From positions 1-64,000 of the forward strand of contig JBHLOI010000009.1 of the NCBI GenBank assembly GCA_048940645.1: a stretch of DNA of 64,000 nucleotides, read 5' to 3'. Below the pieces are notes generated by a model. That model searched no databases and was not told the origin of the DNA. It saw only the letters and a program-made list of their open reading frames with translations. The DNA comes from Promethearchaeota archaeon. Its GTDB lineage: Archaea > Asgardarchaeota > Lokiarchaeia > Sigyniarchaeales > SOKP01. How positions within the stretch are numbered: position 1 is the stretch's first letter; each line of letters opens with the position of its first letter. Of the stretch, positions 1 to 10,214 are shown one piece after another. The position numbers and the translations under genes were made by a program.

Positions 1-2388
1 AAATTAGCAATTGAGGAATACATAGATATTTCAACAAAGAGTGGATTTCCTTCTTATCAATTAAATGAAATAGATATTGTGTCACTAGAAAACTTGAATC
101 AATCTATTTCGGAAAAACTAGAGCTCAAAGAATGGGTCAACGTGATTGATTTATGTGATGAATTAATTGAATTAACTAATGATTTATCATTACAGATATT
201 CAACAATTCCCATCCAACATTGTTATTGTATAAATACTATGCCCAAGCAATAAAAAAACAAGCGCTAGAAAATAATAGAAAACATTTGATTGCCTTAAGT
301 TCGAGCTTTGATACATTTCAAATGCTTGAGCCTGAAATGACAGAGAAAGTTAAAATCTCTATTAAGTTGATTAGCGCTAGCCTTCCAAATATCGTTGAAT
401 TAGGTGTTCAAAATCTTGCCGGAGTATATAGATTTTTAAATGAAACTGGAGCTGTTCTTACACATTTAACGTCAAGTCCTAATAAGACCTCAACAATATA
501 TTTGGAATATTCCTTTAATGAAAATGTGGATTATGGTACTCACTCGTTTAACGTCATATTTAGGGAATTTAATTATAATACATATTATCATAAAAAAATC
601 GTCGTTAACTTGGTTGAAGATACTGACACCACCCCGCCAATAATATTGATCGAGTATATGGATGGGGATGGAACTGATGGAAATTCAGGGTCCTGGGACG
701 TGTTTGCCTATGATCGAGAAAGTGTTATTAATAAGAACATGATTAGAATTTATATTGATGAATCATTAGTGGGCAATTCATTTGGGATATATGATGTGCC
801 GGTGGAACTTGGGAATCATACAATTAGGGTGGAAGTCTGGAATAACGACCCCACAACACCTGAATTTGCTCATAAATCAGTTATTCAACTTATAATTGAT
901 GATGATTCTACCCCGCCTACAATTTTAATAAATTACATTGGAAGCGGACTTGATGTAGACCCTGGATTTTTTGAATGGGAGGTTTATGATCTAGGTTCTG
1001 GGATACACGAAATAAACATTACTATACAATACCAATCAACAGAAGGATCAAATGATTATAATATGTCATTTATTGGGACTAAAACGGGTAAGTGGGATAT
1101 TCCATCTAATTTAGGTATTTATTCCATTAATATTGCCGCAAGGGATGGCGACAATGACAGGACATTACTTTTAGATTCTTTAATAAACAAAGCAATGCTT
1201 ATTCAAGAGATCTTGGATGATGACATAGACCCTCCCGAAGTTACTAATTTAGAGATTACTCCTGGTATTTTTGAAGTAAATATATCATTAACTGCATCAG
1301 ACGAGAGTGGAATAAAGAATATGCTTATATTGGTTAATGGTACAATTGTTGAACCTATTGGACAAATGCAAGATGGAAACAACTATTTCTTTACGTTATC
1401 GAATCAATGGCTTTTTGAAAGAGGATATTCTGAAGTAGAAGTGTTGGTAGAAGATGATGATGATGATCGTCCCAATGATTCTTTAATCTCATCGATTTCA
1501 GGGAGCTTCAAAAATGTGTTATATCAGATGTTTGAGTATGTAGATTGGCAGTTAGAAGAGCTGAAGAGCTTTATTGAGGAGAACGTATGCTCGAAATATA
1601 GTTCTAAAATAGTAAAGAAATTAACTCAAGCACAAGAGCAGTTAATAGAAGCATTTGACTTAATTGAAAATGGTACTATTTCCTGTGGTTTGTTGAAGGC
1701 TTATTTGGCAAAAATTTATCTCAGTATTGCTGAGCTCAAAACAGAGATTTTCTACAAATTAGGACGGATTAATGATAATAATGCATCATACATAATCCAA
1801 TCGCTTCATGATATAAGAAACAATATCGTATATTTAAAGGGCGCATCAACCGGAGAAAAATATGGAGTTGATATTTCATATATAGAGGTTGAGCTTTTAG
1901 ACCTTTTTGATTTTGCCGAAGATAATGTCAAAAGCATGAGTGTAATATGTGCGATAAGGGTGGCAGCAGAAGCATTAGAGCTTTCAATAATAGAACTCTC
2001 ATTTGATGAAGATCCTAACGATCTATTAGATTTGTTAGATTGTGCTCAAAATGTATTAGAACATGCCATCCGCAAGATTGACCACCTTTTACGTAAAGAA
2101 AGAATCTCACAGGAATTAGCTGATTACATGAAAAATGAAATTTATCAACACATTGAAGCTATCGAATTGATTAAGGTTAGTATAGATTATGAAGAACCAC
2201 TTCCATTGGGAAATACTAAAACTTCAAAAAAGCCCCAAGTTGATACCTCAGAAAGATATGTATCTATAACAAATACGCCAAAAATACATAGATTTATAAT
2301 AATCTTTCAGCAATTCATCTTCCTAGGGATATGTTTTATCTTGATACTAAAAAATCTATTTTTAAGATTGAAAAAATTTAATAAATAA
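1..2388 (+). CDS. Large secreted/surface protein with acidic Ig-like repeats, helical C-terminal region and C-terminal membrane anchor (5'-partial)
   Basis: Frame is open from base 1, upstream of the called GTG at 79. Repeated D-[TD]-D-x-[TD]-P-P linkers (DTDTTPP, DDDSTPP, DDDIDPP) precede beta-rich segments. Hydrophobic C-terminus followed by basic residues. Confidence 0.7.
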   Translation, partial: KLAIEEYIDISTKSGFPSYQLNEIDIVSLENLNQSISEKLELKEWVNVIDLCDELIELTNDLSLQIFNNSHPTLLLYKYYAQAIKKQALENNRKHLIALSSSFDTFQMLEPEMTEKVKISIKLISASLPNIVELGVQNLAGVYRFLNETGAVLTHLTSSPNKTSTIYLEYSFNENVDYGTHSFNVIFREFNYNTYYHKKIVVNLVEDTDTTPPIILIEYMDGDGTDGNSGSWDVFAYDRESVINKNMIRIYIDESLVGNSFGIYDVPVELGNHTIRVEVWNNDPTTPEFAHKSVIQLIIDDDSTPPTILINYIGSGLDVDPGFFEWEVYDLGSGIHEINITIQYQSTEGSNDYNMSFIGTKTGKWDIPSNLGIYSINIAARDGDNDRTLLLDSLINKAMLIQEILDDDIDPPEVTNLEITPGIFEVNISLTASDESGIKNMLILVNGTIVEPIGQMQDGNNYFFTLSNQWLFERGYSEVEVLVEDDDDDRPNDSLISSISGSFKNVLYQMFEYVDWQLEELKSFIEENVCSKYSSKIVKKLTQAQEQLIEAFDLIENGTISCGLLKAYLAKIYLSIAELKTEIFYKLGRINDNNASYIIQSLHDIRNNIVYLKGASTGEKYGVDISYIEVELLDLFDFAEDNVKSMSVICAIRVAAEALELSIIELSFDEDPNDLLDLLDCAQNVLEHAIRKIDHLLRKERISQELADYMKNEIYQHIEAIELIKVSIDYEEPLPLGNTKTSKKPQVDTSERYVSITNTPKIHRFIIIFQQFIFLGICFILILKNLFLRLKKFNK

Positions 2389-2397
2389 TAATTAACC

Positions 2398-2414
2398 TTT
2401 TTTCTTTTTTTTTT
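2398..2414 (+). terminator. Archaeal oligo-T terminator
   Basis: T-tract (ttttttctttttttttt) starting about 10 nt after the stop of 1..2388. Confidence 0.5.
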
Positions 2415-2627
2415 ATCTGATTTCTTTTAATATTATTATTTTTTCCCTTTTTTAATGAAAAAACCAAATAAATTACTAATAAATACTAAGTCTAAGAACA
2501 ATTAGTATTCTAGTAAGCAATTAAATAGTATTTTGGGTACGTTGTGATTCATATGAAAATTGCTGATGTGTTATGAGCGAGTAATAAATTATAAAAGGAA
2601 GAAATATTTAGGAAAATAGATATTTAG

Positions 2628-3953
2628 CTATTCTATTGGTTCGATATAATCTACAATTTTAGCAACTTTAATTGGCTCTTCTGGTTTTTCTTCTTCGAGA
2701 ACTTCTGCTTCCGCTAATTTTTGTCTATCAAGTATTTCTAGGTGTTTTATTTTTGTGAAAAACCATATGAATAAAGGAAAGATAGCACCAACAATGGCAC
2801 AGATGATGAATAAATTAACTATACCAAATATTTCTGCTAATGGCCCTGCAATAAGTGCCCCAATTGGAGCAATTGCCATAGAGATCATATGGTCAATCGA
2901 CATTATTCTCCCAATTTTATCTTTTGAAACAATTATTTGTAAGATTGCAAGATATGTGGAAACTGTGATTGGAAATAAAACCCATCCTGGAAATAATGAT
3001 ATCATCATTAAAACAAAATTTCCTTTGGTTGCTAGAATCGCTGGTATCATCCCAGCGAAAAATATCGATGCCCCAATTATATTGATCTTAATTTTATGCT
3101 TCCAAGTTTTCTTAATTGACATAATTACAGAGCCGAGGATGTTTCCTACTTGAGATACTGTCATTAACAAGGCTAAATCAAACGCAGATCCTTCATGTGT
3201 ATATCTGACAAAATAAGGTAATAACACATTCCAAGGGCGGCTAATAAAATTCCATATCATCGCGAGAGCAATCATTGCAAATAATCCCGGTATCATTTTG
3301 ATCGTTAATAATCCCGTTTTAAAGTCTTTGAACATTGAACTTTTAATAACTTCTTCACTACTAATATGTATCTTAGGAATTTTTATCAACATTAAAGGAA
3401 TTAGGGCAATTAAAAATGTTCCTACGTCGAGTAGCAAAATTTGTGTCACTGGAAAAAAAGCTAAAAGTGTGGCGGCAATAATTGGACCAACTCCAAAAAT
3501 TATTCCAGATGATAAGAAGTTAAGTCCATTTATTCTACTTAATTGATCTTTAGGAACCATGGTAGGGATTAAAGACTGAACAGTAGGGTATTGAAATGCA
3601 TACAAAGCCGCTCTAAAAGTGTTAATTCCTAATACAAACCAGATATTTTGAAAATCTAGGAGAAAGAATGCAAAAAGTAAAAGAGTTGCTATTGCTTGCA
3701 TAGAATCGGAAATTACGATGATACTCTTTTTATTCCAACGATCGGCAATAACTCCCGAAAAGGGTGTTACGACGATCTGGGGAATAAACATTAAAAATAC
3801 TGAGATCGAAAGATAGACAGCACTTCCCGTCTCAATGGTGATCCACCAGGTAATTACAAATCCAACAATGAGACTTCCTAGCATTGAGAATTGCTGACCA
3901 AATAAAAAATATAAATAATGCCTAAAGCTTCTTTTTGATGTAGTGTTCTCCAT
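2628..3953 (-). CDS. MFS efflux transporter (MefA/DHA3-like)
   Basis: About 12 hydrophobic helices; MFS motif A-like GVIADRWNKK; N-terminal GQQFSMLGS typical of the DHA3 family. Confidence 0.9.
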   Translation of the reverse strand: MENTTSKRSFRHYLYFLFGQQFSMLGSLIVGFVITWWITIETGSAVYLSISVFLMFIPQIVVTPFSGVIADRWNKKSIIVISDSMQAIATLLLFAFFLLDFQNIWFVLGINTFRAALYAFQYPTVQSLIPTMVPKDQLSRINGLNFLSSGIIFGVGPIIAATLLAFFPVTQILLLDVGTFLIALIPLMLIKIPKIHISSEEVIKSSMFKDFKTGLLTIKMIPGLFAMIALAMIWNFISRPWNVLLPYFVRYTHEGSAFDLALLMTVSQVGNILGSVIMSIKKTWKHKIKINIIGASIFFAGMIPAILATKGNFVLMMISLFPGWVLFPITVSTYLAILQIIVSKDKIGRIMSIDHMISMAIAPIGALIAGPLAEIFGIVNLFIICAIVGAIFPLFIWFFTKIKHLEILDRQKLAEAEVLEEEKPEEPIKVAKIVDYIEPIE

Positions 3954-3997
3954 TGTTTTTACAGCTCTAATCTTTTTAATTCTTTATAAGAGCTATG

Positions 3998-4012
3998 TAA
4001 ACGATGTCTAAA
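3998..4012. promoter_or_regulatory. Putative operator TAAACGATGTCTAAA (imperfect palindrome TARAC-n3-GTYTA), copy 1
   Basis: Identical 15-mer at 34108-34122; lies 45 nt upstream of the MFS start. Confidence 0.3.
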
Positions 4013-4239
4013 ATAGATTTAAATTATAAAGTACATCTGAACTACAAACTACACATGAAGTTTTTAGTTTTATAAACACGGAAACAATTTGTAATACAGA
4101 AATGAAATTTGACTTCTTTTTAGTCTTTATTATTACTCGATTATATTTTTTCTAATTCGAGTATCTAAATATTTTTAATCGAACTAAGAGGTAAGGAAGA
4201 AAAAAGTATTAAAACTTCTTGCATTGGTAGAAACAAATT

Positions 4240-4701
4240 GTGGAAAATAGATTAATTTTAAAATTATTATATCATCTTAGAATTTTAGAGATAAGTTTTT
4301 ACATCTTCGCTTTTAAATGGCATTTAAACAATAAAAGGAAAATACCAAATAAAATTTCAACTAGAGACATTTTACGACTTTTTTATTTTGACTTTTTAAA
4401 AATACCAAAAAAAGATTGTGAAATCATTGAGATAACTAACAATAAATTGATTACAAGATGTAAAAACAAATGTCCAGTACTAGATCTTTCTCTAAATCTA
4501 AACATAGATACAAGAAAGTCTTGCAGACAAATCTCTGAAGGACCCTGTAAATATTTCTTGAAAAAACTTGATAAGAATATTATCTTTAAAAGAAACTATG
4601 ATCATATAAGGCCGTATTCGGAGGATTGTGAAGAGGAAATTACAATAATTAATAATTCGAAAAGAGGTAATTATTATTTCAAACCTCTCCAGAAATTCTG
4701 A
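4240..4701 (+). CDS. Hypothetical Cys-containing protein (possibly V4R/DUF6125-like ligand-binding fold)
   Basis: Spaced Cys pattern CKNKCP...SC...PC...DCEE. Confidence 0.5.
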   Translation: MENRLILKLLYHLRILEISFYIFAFKWHLNNKRKIPNKISTRDILRLFYFDFLKIPKKDCEIIEITNNKLITRCKNKCPVLDLSLNLNIDTRKSCRQISEGPCKYFLKKLDKNIIFKRNYDHIRPYSEDCEEEITIINNSKRGNYYFKPLQKF

Positions 4702-4792
4702 TTTCTGTTTTGAAAAACTATATGATAATTGTTATTTAAAAAAAAAAGAAATTTAAAAAGAAATTTTAAAAATGATATCTGTCATAACCTCT

Positions 4793-5239
4793 TTATTCGG
4801 CTCCGAAAAAACTTTTATAGGTTATAATCAATCCTACTATCTGAATAATCATAACAATCATTAAGATGATCATATCTATATCCATACCGAAAATTATGGT
4901 GCCCATGAGCAACATTGGCAAACTAAAACCAACAATTGCTATTAGGGCAGCTATCCAAGCCCACTTCTCTTTTTTTCGAAACCCGAAGTTAATTATAAAA
5001 ATATATGCAATTCCAAGGCTCATGTATGTAATTCCTACTACCCTTAGGTAATAGCTAAATATAATCATCAATTCGGGATCAAAAGCATTTAACTCCGCTT
5101 CAGTCTTTCCAATATAAACTAAAGCTCCGGTAATATCTGGACTTCCAGTAGCTACATAGAGGATGCCATATAGTAGCAAAACCACAACCGTAGCAAGAAT
5201 TAAAATTGTACCAATATTAAATAATTTTTTTTGTTCCAT
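4793..5239 (-). CDS. 4-TM membrane protein
   Basis: Four hydrophobic segments; GFRKKEKWAW loop. Confidence 0.75.
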   Translation of the reverse strand: MEQKKLFNIGTILILATVVVLLLYGILYVATGSPDITGALVYIGKTEAELNAFDPELMIIFSYYLRVVGITYMSLGIAYIFIINFGFRKKEKWAWIAALIAIVGFSLPMLLMGTIIFGMDIDMIILMIVMIIQIVGLIITYKSFFGAE

Positions 5240-5412
5240 TTTTTTCTACTCATATCAATTAATTTTCGCCAAGAGTGTATAGACTCTTATGTAAAAGAAT
5301 ATAAATCAATATTTAACATTTTTGTCGAATTTAAGATTAACTTTAGAAATGAAAGTCTATTACCATCTTTTTGATTGGACAGGGAAAAGAATTTAAAATT
5401 AATGATGATCTA

Positions 5413-5658
5413 TCATAGCAAAATCACTAACGTTATTATCACAACTATGCTAAAGATGATACACCATAACGACCAAAGTAATTTTTCATTTCTTACGAGA
5501 TGATTTTTTTTATCAACACTTACCTGCTCGCCACATCTAGGACAGTATGAGGGAATTTTTCCCAAATTATAATAGGCAGGAATGCCACGAGTTCGATAGA
5601 TTCGCGCTCCGCAGTTACCACATTTAGGTTTTCGTAAAAATTTTTTACTCGATGTCAT
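5413..5658 (-). CDS. Small zinc-ribbon protein with C-terminal TM helix
   Basis: CGNCG and CPRCG motifs; hydrophobic tail. Confidence 0.7.
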   Translation of the reverse strand: MTSSKKFLRKPKCGNCGARIYRTRGIPAYYNLGKIPSYCPRCGEQVSVDKKNHLVRNEKLLWSLWCIIFSIVVIITLVILL

Positions 5659-5800
5659 TTTTTCAAATCTAATTAATTCTTTAAAGCTCCTAATAATCTT
5701 TATTTATATCTTTGTATATAACTCCATATATTCACAAATATTAGAATATTTAAATGTGTTGATTTAAACCCTCAGCCAAATAGGAGAGAAATAAATTCCC

Positions 5801-5838
5801 GAAAGGTAAATTCAGAGTCTGATTTCAAAGAAAATTCC
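5801..5838 (+). repeat. Intergenic repeat A, copy 1 (38 nt)
   Basis: gaaaggtaaattcagagtctgatttcaaagaaaattcc; 35/38 identical to 6884-6921; central TCAG-n3-CTGA dyad. Confidence 0.85.
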
Positions 5839-5956
5839 ATTGAAAAACACTTTTCTATATATCAAATCAAAATATTTAATTATTAAGCCTTTTAGAATGC
5901 TAATATTAAAAATATTAAGAATATTTTGTCTTTTTAAAGAATATTTTACAATGACA

Positions 5957-6020
5957 AGCGTAATGGGAGCGAAACGGTTTGAGATAATGAGAGGTGGAGT
6001 ATGTTCTAGAGCAAGGATTT
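5957..6020 (+). repeat. Intergenic repeat B, copy 1 (64 nt, G-rich)
   Basis: Ungapped 51/64 identity to 6773-6836. Confidence 0.85.
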
Positions 6021-6170
6021 TATTTTTCTTACTTTTTAAAATTCATCATAGAATGCTATCTTAATAAAATTATTTAACAAAAATGATAATATATTTATAA
6101 TTTTCAATCTAAATACCTTTAAGACAAAAATTAAAATCATATTACCAAGTAGAGGTGAATCATGAAGTAG

Positions 6171-6737
6171 ATGAAGTTTAGAAGTGTTGATCTTGATGAT
6201 GATCTTATTTTATCAAAATTAGAAGCAAATACAGACGGTTTACGTAGGTTTTTCAACTTTGATAAATATTTTTATGAATACGGATACGTTGACCATGGAG
6301 AAGGTCTTATCTCTTATATGACAGGTGTAGGGTATAAAATAGATACAGAGGGAAAAGTTGTGATAATCATGTATTTCGTTAGGCCAGAAGGCCCTATATC
6401 AATTTTGAGAAGAATACCCGATGATTTACTTGAATTATCACATTTAAAATTTCTTTATTTATTCTGTGATATTAATGCAATCGAGACAATACCAAGTACA
6501 ATAAAAAGCAATAATATTTTTGAGGTAAAAATTCTTTCAATAGAGCCACCATCTAATTTAGATCCAAATTCATTAAATCCACACACATTTTACCCAGATT
6601 GGAATTTAAGATGCAATATTTTTGATATATACAGACATTATAGGGATGGATATATATCGGGCTATGAACTAATAGTAATTCGTAAAGATGTAGTTAAAGA
6701 TTTTGATTTTTTAAAAGAAATTGTTAAGAAATATTGA
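6171..6737 (+). CDS. Hypothetical protein with one or two degenerate LRR-like units
   Basis: GAGGTGA SD upstream; LRRIPDDLLELSHLKFLYL...IETIPSTI resembles an LRR. Confidence 0.65.
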   Translation: MKFRSVDLDDDLILSKLEANTDGLRRFFNFDKYFYEYGYVDHGEGLISYMTGVGYKIDTEGKVVIIMYFVRPEGPISILRRIPDDLLELSHLKFLYLFCDINAIETIPSTIKSNNIFEVKILSIEPPSNLDPNSLNPHTFYPDWNLRCNIFDIYRHYRDGYISGYELIVIRKDVVKDFDFLKEIVKKY

Positions 6738-6772
6738 AATAAATTTTTAAGGCTTAGTGTGTGAGGGTCTGT

Positions 6773-6836
6773 AGCGTGACTGGAGCGGAATGGTTTGAGA
6801 TGAGAAGGGCTGGAGTATGTTCATGAGCAAAGATTT
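6773..6836 (+). repeat. Intergenic repeat B, copy 2
   Basis: Matches 5957-6020. Confidence 0.85.
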
Positions 6837-6883
6837 ATTTTTTCTTTTTTATATTTATCCCAATTTTCTGTGAAATTTGGATG

Positions 6884-6921
6884 GAAAGGTAAATTCAGAG
6901 GCTGACTTCAATGAAAATTCC
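6884..6921 (+). repeat. Intergenic repeat A, copy 2
   Basis: Matches 5801-5838. Confidence 0.85.
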
Positions 6922-6956
6922 TTAAAAAAAATAAAGAACAAGCCATAACCAAATTT

Positions 6957-9374
6957 TTATTTTATTGGCAAAAACATTTGATTTTTATAGGCTTCATAGA
7001 CCATGAAATTAGCTTCTTGATCTGTGATATTCATTTCTCGCACGAGGGTAAAAGTGATTTCTGCAGGGTAAAACCCATCAGATCTTGATTTAAGATCGTT
7101 TAAAATGGTTATAAATGATTCAGGAGCATCATATTTATTTAGTTGTTTTACATTAATGATGCATTTTTTATTTAGGTTCATGTCAATTCCTGTTTCAATT
7201 GTTTCCTCAAAATCATTGAAAACTTGGAGTTCACCGTCAAAGTTTTTTAAATCATTAACATGCTTAATTTCATAAGCTCTTAAAACTTGTCCACACTGTT
7301 TTTTTATTAAATCTCCAAGACTGCTGTGAGAAACTAAACCTAATCTAAGATATTCACCATCCATGAGGGTTATTGTAAATTCATTATACTCAATAATGTT
7401 ATCTCCACCTTCGCCCCGAACTCGCAGACCCATCTGTTTTGCAAGTTCATTTTTAAAACTTCCTATAGCAGATATAAAGCCAGTGAATAAATTTTCATCC
7501 AATCCAATACCACCATGAAGGGCAATTTTAGATAGACATAAGCCTGATTCATTATGTATGGCCAAAATTGTAAGAATGCTTGTGAGATCTTTAAAATATT
7601 GAGCTTTTGATAACTGTTCTTCAGTTAGCATTCTTGTTTCTTTTACTTTTCGCCTAGATGGCAGCCTTCTCATGACAATAGCAGCAATTATAATAACCGA
7701 TATTACAATAATACTAATGATGATGATAATAATTACATCGAGGGAAGGGGGTTCGTTATTCGGGACTTGAGAGGTATCTTTAATTAAATTTACAGAATTA
7801 GAACCAATATTCCAAGCAATATCTCGAGCATAAAAGGTAATAACGACATTACCATCAGTTAAAGCATTCCATGCGTCCTGGTTAATTGTCCCGTTCTCTG
7901 TAAAGTAGTATTTTATACCACTATTATTTATTGTATACCACATAGAATAAATGTAAGGTTCATTGACTGATAAATTAAATTCAGGAGCATTTGTTCCATA
8001 ATCACTTGAAGTCGGAGTATTGATTTCAATAATGGGAGCCCCATGATCCACAATAGGAAGACTGTCATTTGCATTCGCTCCACCAGAAATATTATACGGA
8101 GTATCACCAATATGATCATTATTTAAATCCACGCCAGTATAATTATCCCAATAATTCCCAACTATAGTATTATTCCAAAAAGTTGCCGTTCCGTTATCAA
8201 AAACATGAATTCCATTTGAAATAAAGGAATTTTTATAAAATTTATTATTAACATCAGAGGGATCGTCAAGTTGTACACCAATGTTACTATTATCTTTAAT
8301 TATATTATCGTGAATCTCATTGTCGTCGCAGTTTATAATTATGTGTATTGCATAACTTCCTGTATCATTTATAAAATTTCTAGTTATTTTGCTCCCATCA
8401 CAAGCACTCATCAAAATTCCGGTAGAACCACCCGAAATTGTATTATGAATAAGTTCATTTTGATGAGCTATTAACATATAAAATGCTCCAGAAGAGCAAT
8501 CTATTATTTGATTATTTGATACTGTATTTTGATCTGAAGTAACCAACATGATTCCATAATTATTAAGAGCTTCAATTACATTTAGTGAGATATTGTTCTG
8601 ATGACAATCACTATCAAGTCTTATACCATAATCTTGCTGAGATGTTATCGTGTTTTTAATTATGTTATTAATTATCAAGTTTTCCTCGCAAGATTTTTCA
8701 ATATTTATTCCATAAATACTATTATCGCATACTAGATTTCCCAGAATATCATTATTATCGCAATTACTTCCAAGATATATCCCAATATCTTGGAGGTTCG
8801 TACCCTCATTTTTTATGGTATTTTCAATAATTTTATTATCAAAACAATTTGATGTCAAATTAATCCCACACATACCATTATTCATTAGTGTATTTCTTAA
8901 AATGGTATTATTATCGCAAGCAACCAAATTTATTCCTGAGTGTGTGTTATCTGAAAGAATATTGCCGAAAAGAACTCCATTATTAGTATTCTCTAACTTA
9001 ATTCCATTAAAAGTACCAAAGATAGTAACATTTGTAATTTTAAAATACACATTGATGGAATTTTCAATAAAAATACCACATCCTATTGGAGAATCAGTTG
9101 CATTAATTATCATGTTTTCAATTAAATAAGGGTTGTCCCAAGTACCTGAACCAGAACACCAATCAGATTGATTAGCAATGGTCCAATTTAAACCAGTAAT
9201 ATAGATAAACGTGAAATTATTCCAAAATCCTGCTGGTTTTAAATTAAACAATCTAACTTTTAAATCCTCACGAACAGTTTCAATAGAATTTTTAATATTA
9301 TTTTGAGTAGAAATTGGAAAAATTATCAGAAATAGCACTAAAAAAATAAAAATATTTCTCGATTTTACTTTCAT
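6957..9374 (-). CDS. Single-pass membrane protein: signal peptide, NosD/right-handed beta-helix, Ig-like domain, TM, cytoplasmic longin/roadblock-like domain
   Basis: Asn-rich GIxL...NNxIxxN repeats; GNYWDNY motif; TM VIIIIIISIIVISVIIIAAIV; cytoplasmic IHNESGLCL...LFTGFISAIGSF resembles Asgard longin-like domains. Confidence 0.8.
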   Translation of the reverse strand: MKVKSRNIFIFLVLFLIIFPISTQNNIKNSIETVREDLKVRLFNLKPAGFWNNFTFIYITGLNWTIANQSDWCSGSGTWDNPYLIENMIINATDSPIGCGIFIENSINVYFKITNVTIFGTFNGIKLENTNNGVLFGNILSDNTHSGINLVACDNNTILRNTLMNNGMCGINLTSNCFDNKIIENTIKNEGTNLQDIGIYLGSNCDNNDILGNLVCDNSIYGINIEKSCEENLIINNIIKNTITSQQDYGIRLDSDCHQNNISLNVIEALNNYGIMLVTSDQNTVSNNQIIDCSSGAFYMLIAHQNELIHNTISGGSTGILMSACDGSKITRNFINDTGSYAIHIIINCDDNEIHDNIIKDNSNIGVQLDDPSDVNNKFYKNSFISNGIHVFDNGTATFWNNTIVGNYWDNYTGVDLNNDHIGDTPYNISGGANANDSLPIVDHGAPIIEINTPTSSDYGTNAPEFNLSVNEPYIYSMWYTINNSGIKYYFTENGTINQDAWNALTDGNVVITFYARDIAWNIGSNSVNLIKDTSQVPNNEPPSLDVIIIIIISIIVISVIIIAAIVMRRLPSRRKVKETRMLTEEQLSKAQYFKDLTSILTILAIHNESGLCLSKIALHGGIGLDENLFTGFISAIGSFKNELAKQMGLRVRGEGGDNIIEYNEFTITLMDGEYLRLGLVSHSSLGDLIKKQCGQVLRAYEIKHVNDLKNFDGELQVFNDFEETIETGIDMNLNKKCIINVKQLNKYDAPESFITILNDLKSRSDGFYPAEITFTLVREMNITDQEANFMVYEAYKNQMFLPIK

Positions 9375-9680
9375 TTTAAACTACCCCTTTTTTCCCTTAT
9401 AGCGGAATAAAATTATTCTATAAAAAAAATAAAGTTCATAAATATAGGTTTTTGCCTTTACAAAAAATTATTAAAATATTTGTGTAAAGGATAGCAAAAT
9501 TCTTCATTCTTTACTTAACCTAACTATATTATTATGATTTATGATTTAATCAAAAAATTTAAAATAAAATTATGATAAAGGTTATCAAAGAGTAGATTAA
9601 ATGGAGGGGAATTAAATCATGCAGAAAGCCTTTGTTAAAAGATTTAAAAAATAAAAAGAAATTAAATATATAATTGATTT

Positions 9681-10058
9681 TTATTGTCTTTCTCGTATGT
9701 AAAAAAAGATGTTGATAACGATTAACACGGCCTCAATTATCACAGTAAAATCAAATGACCCTGCAACTGCAACCATAGCCCATATATCAATACAAAGGAT
9801 AACGATAAGCCAGAGGATCCCCAACTCCCACACAATTCTTACTTGCTCCCATTCTTTCCTTATTAATCCTATCACAGAAAAGATTCCAAGGACTAATAGA
9901 GATCCACCCACTTGACGGATAGTAATAGAGCAAAACTGAGGAGGAACAACCCAGGAAGCATATATTTCTGGAATTACCAAAAAAAACACAGTAAAAATAA
10001 AGGAAACAATAGCATTTACTAAAAACATTATTTTTGCTGCTTTTGATAGTTCTACCAT
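9681..10058 (-). CDS. 4-TM membrane protein
   Basis: Four hydrophobic segments; GAGGT SD. Confidence 0.75.
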   Translation of the reverse strand: MVELSKAAKIMFLVNAIVSFIFTVFFLVIPEIYASWVVPPQFCSITIRQVGGSLLVLGIFSVIGLIRKEWEQVRIVWELGILWLIVILCIDIWAMVAVAGSFDFTVIIEAVLIVINIFFYIRERQ

Positions 10059-10214
10059 TTTTTTCTTACCTCTTTTTTTAAAAGTTATAGGATTTCTTTT
10101 TTATTTTAATGGAATTTTGAAAAAGAGTAAGAAGATATTTTATTTAAATATTGACAAAAATGTTAAAAATGCTAATTCTTTAATTTTATTCGCAAAATGC
10201 TTTTTTTCACCGAT

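Noticed and set aside
5840-6064. 74-aa ORF in the track
   Set aside because: TTG start without SD, low-complexity AT-rich sequence, and it runs through non-coding repeat B; likely spurious.
5801-6921. 38-nt repeat A as a CRISPR repeat
   Set aside because: Only two copies about 1.08 kb apart with a gene between; no spacer-sized periodicity and no cas genes.
6957-9374. Nitrous oxide reductase accessory nosD
   Set aside because: Only the generic beta-helix fold is shared; no nosZ/nosFY context.
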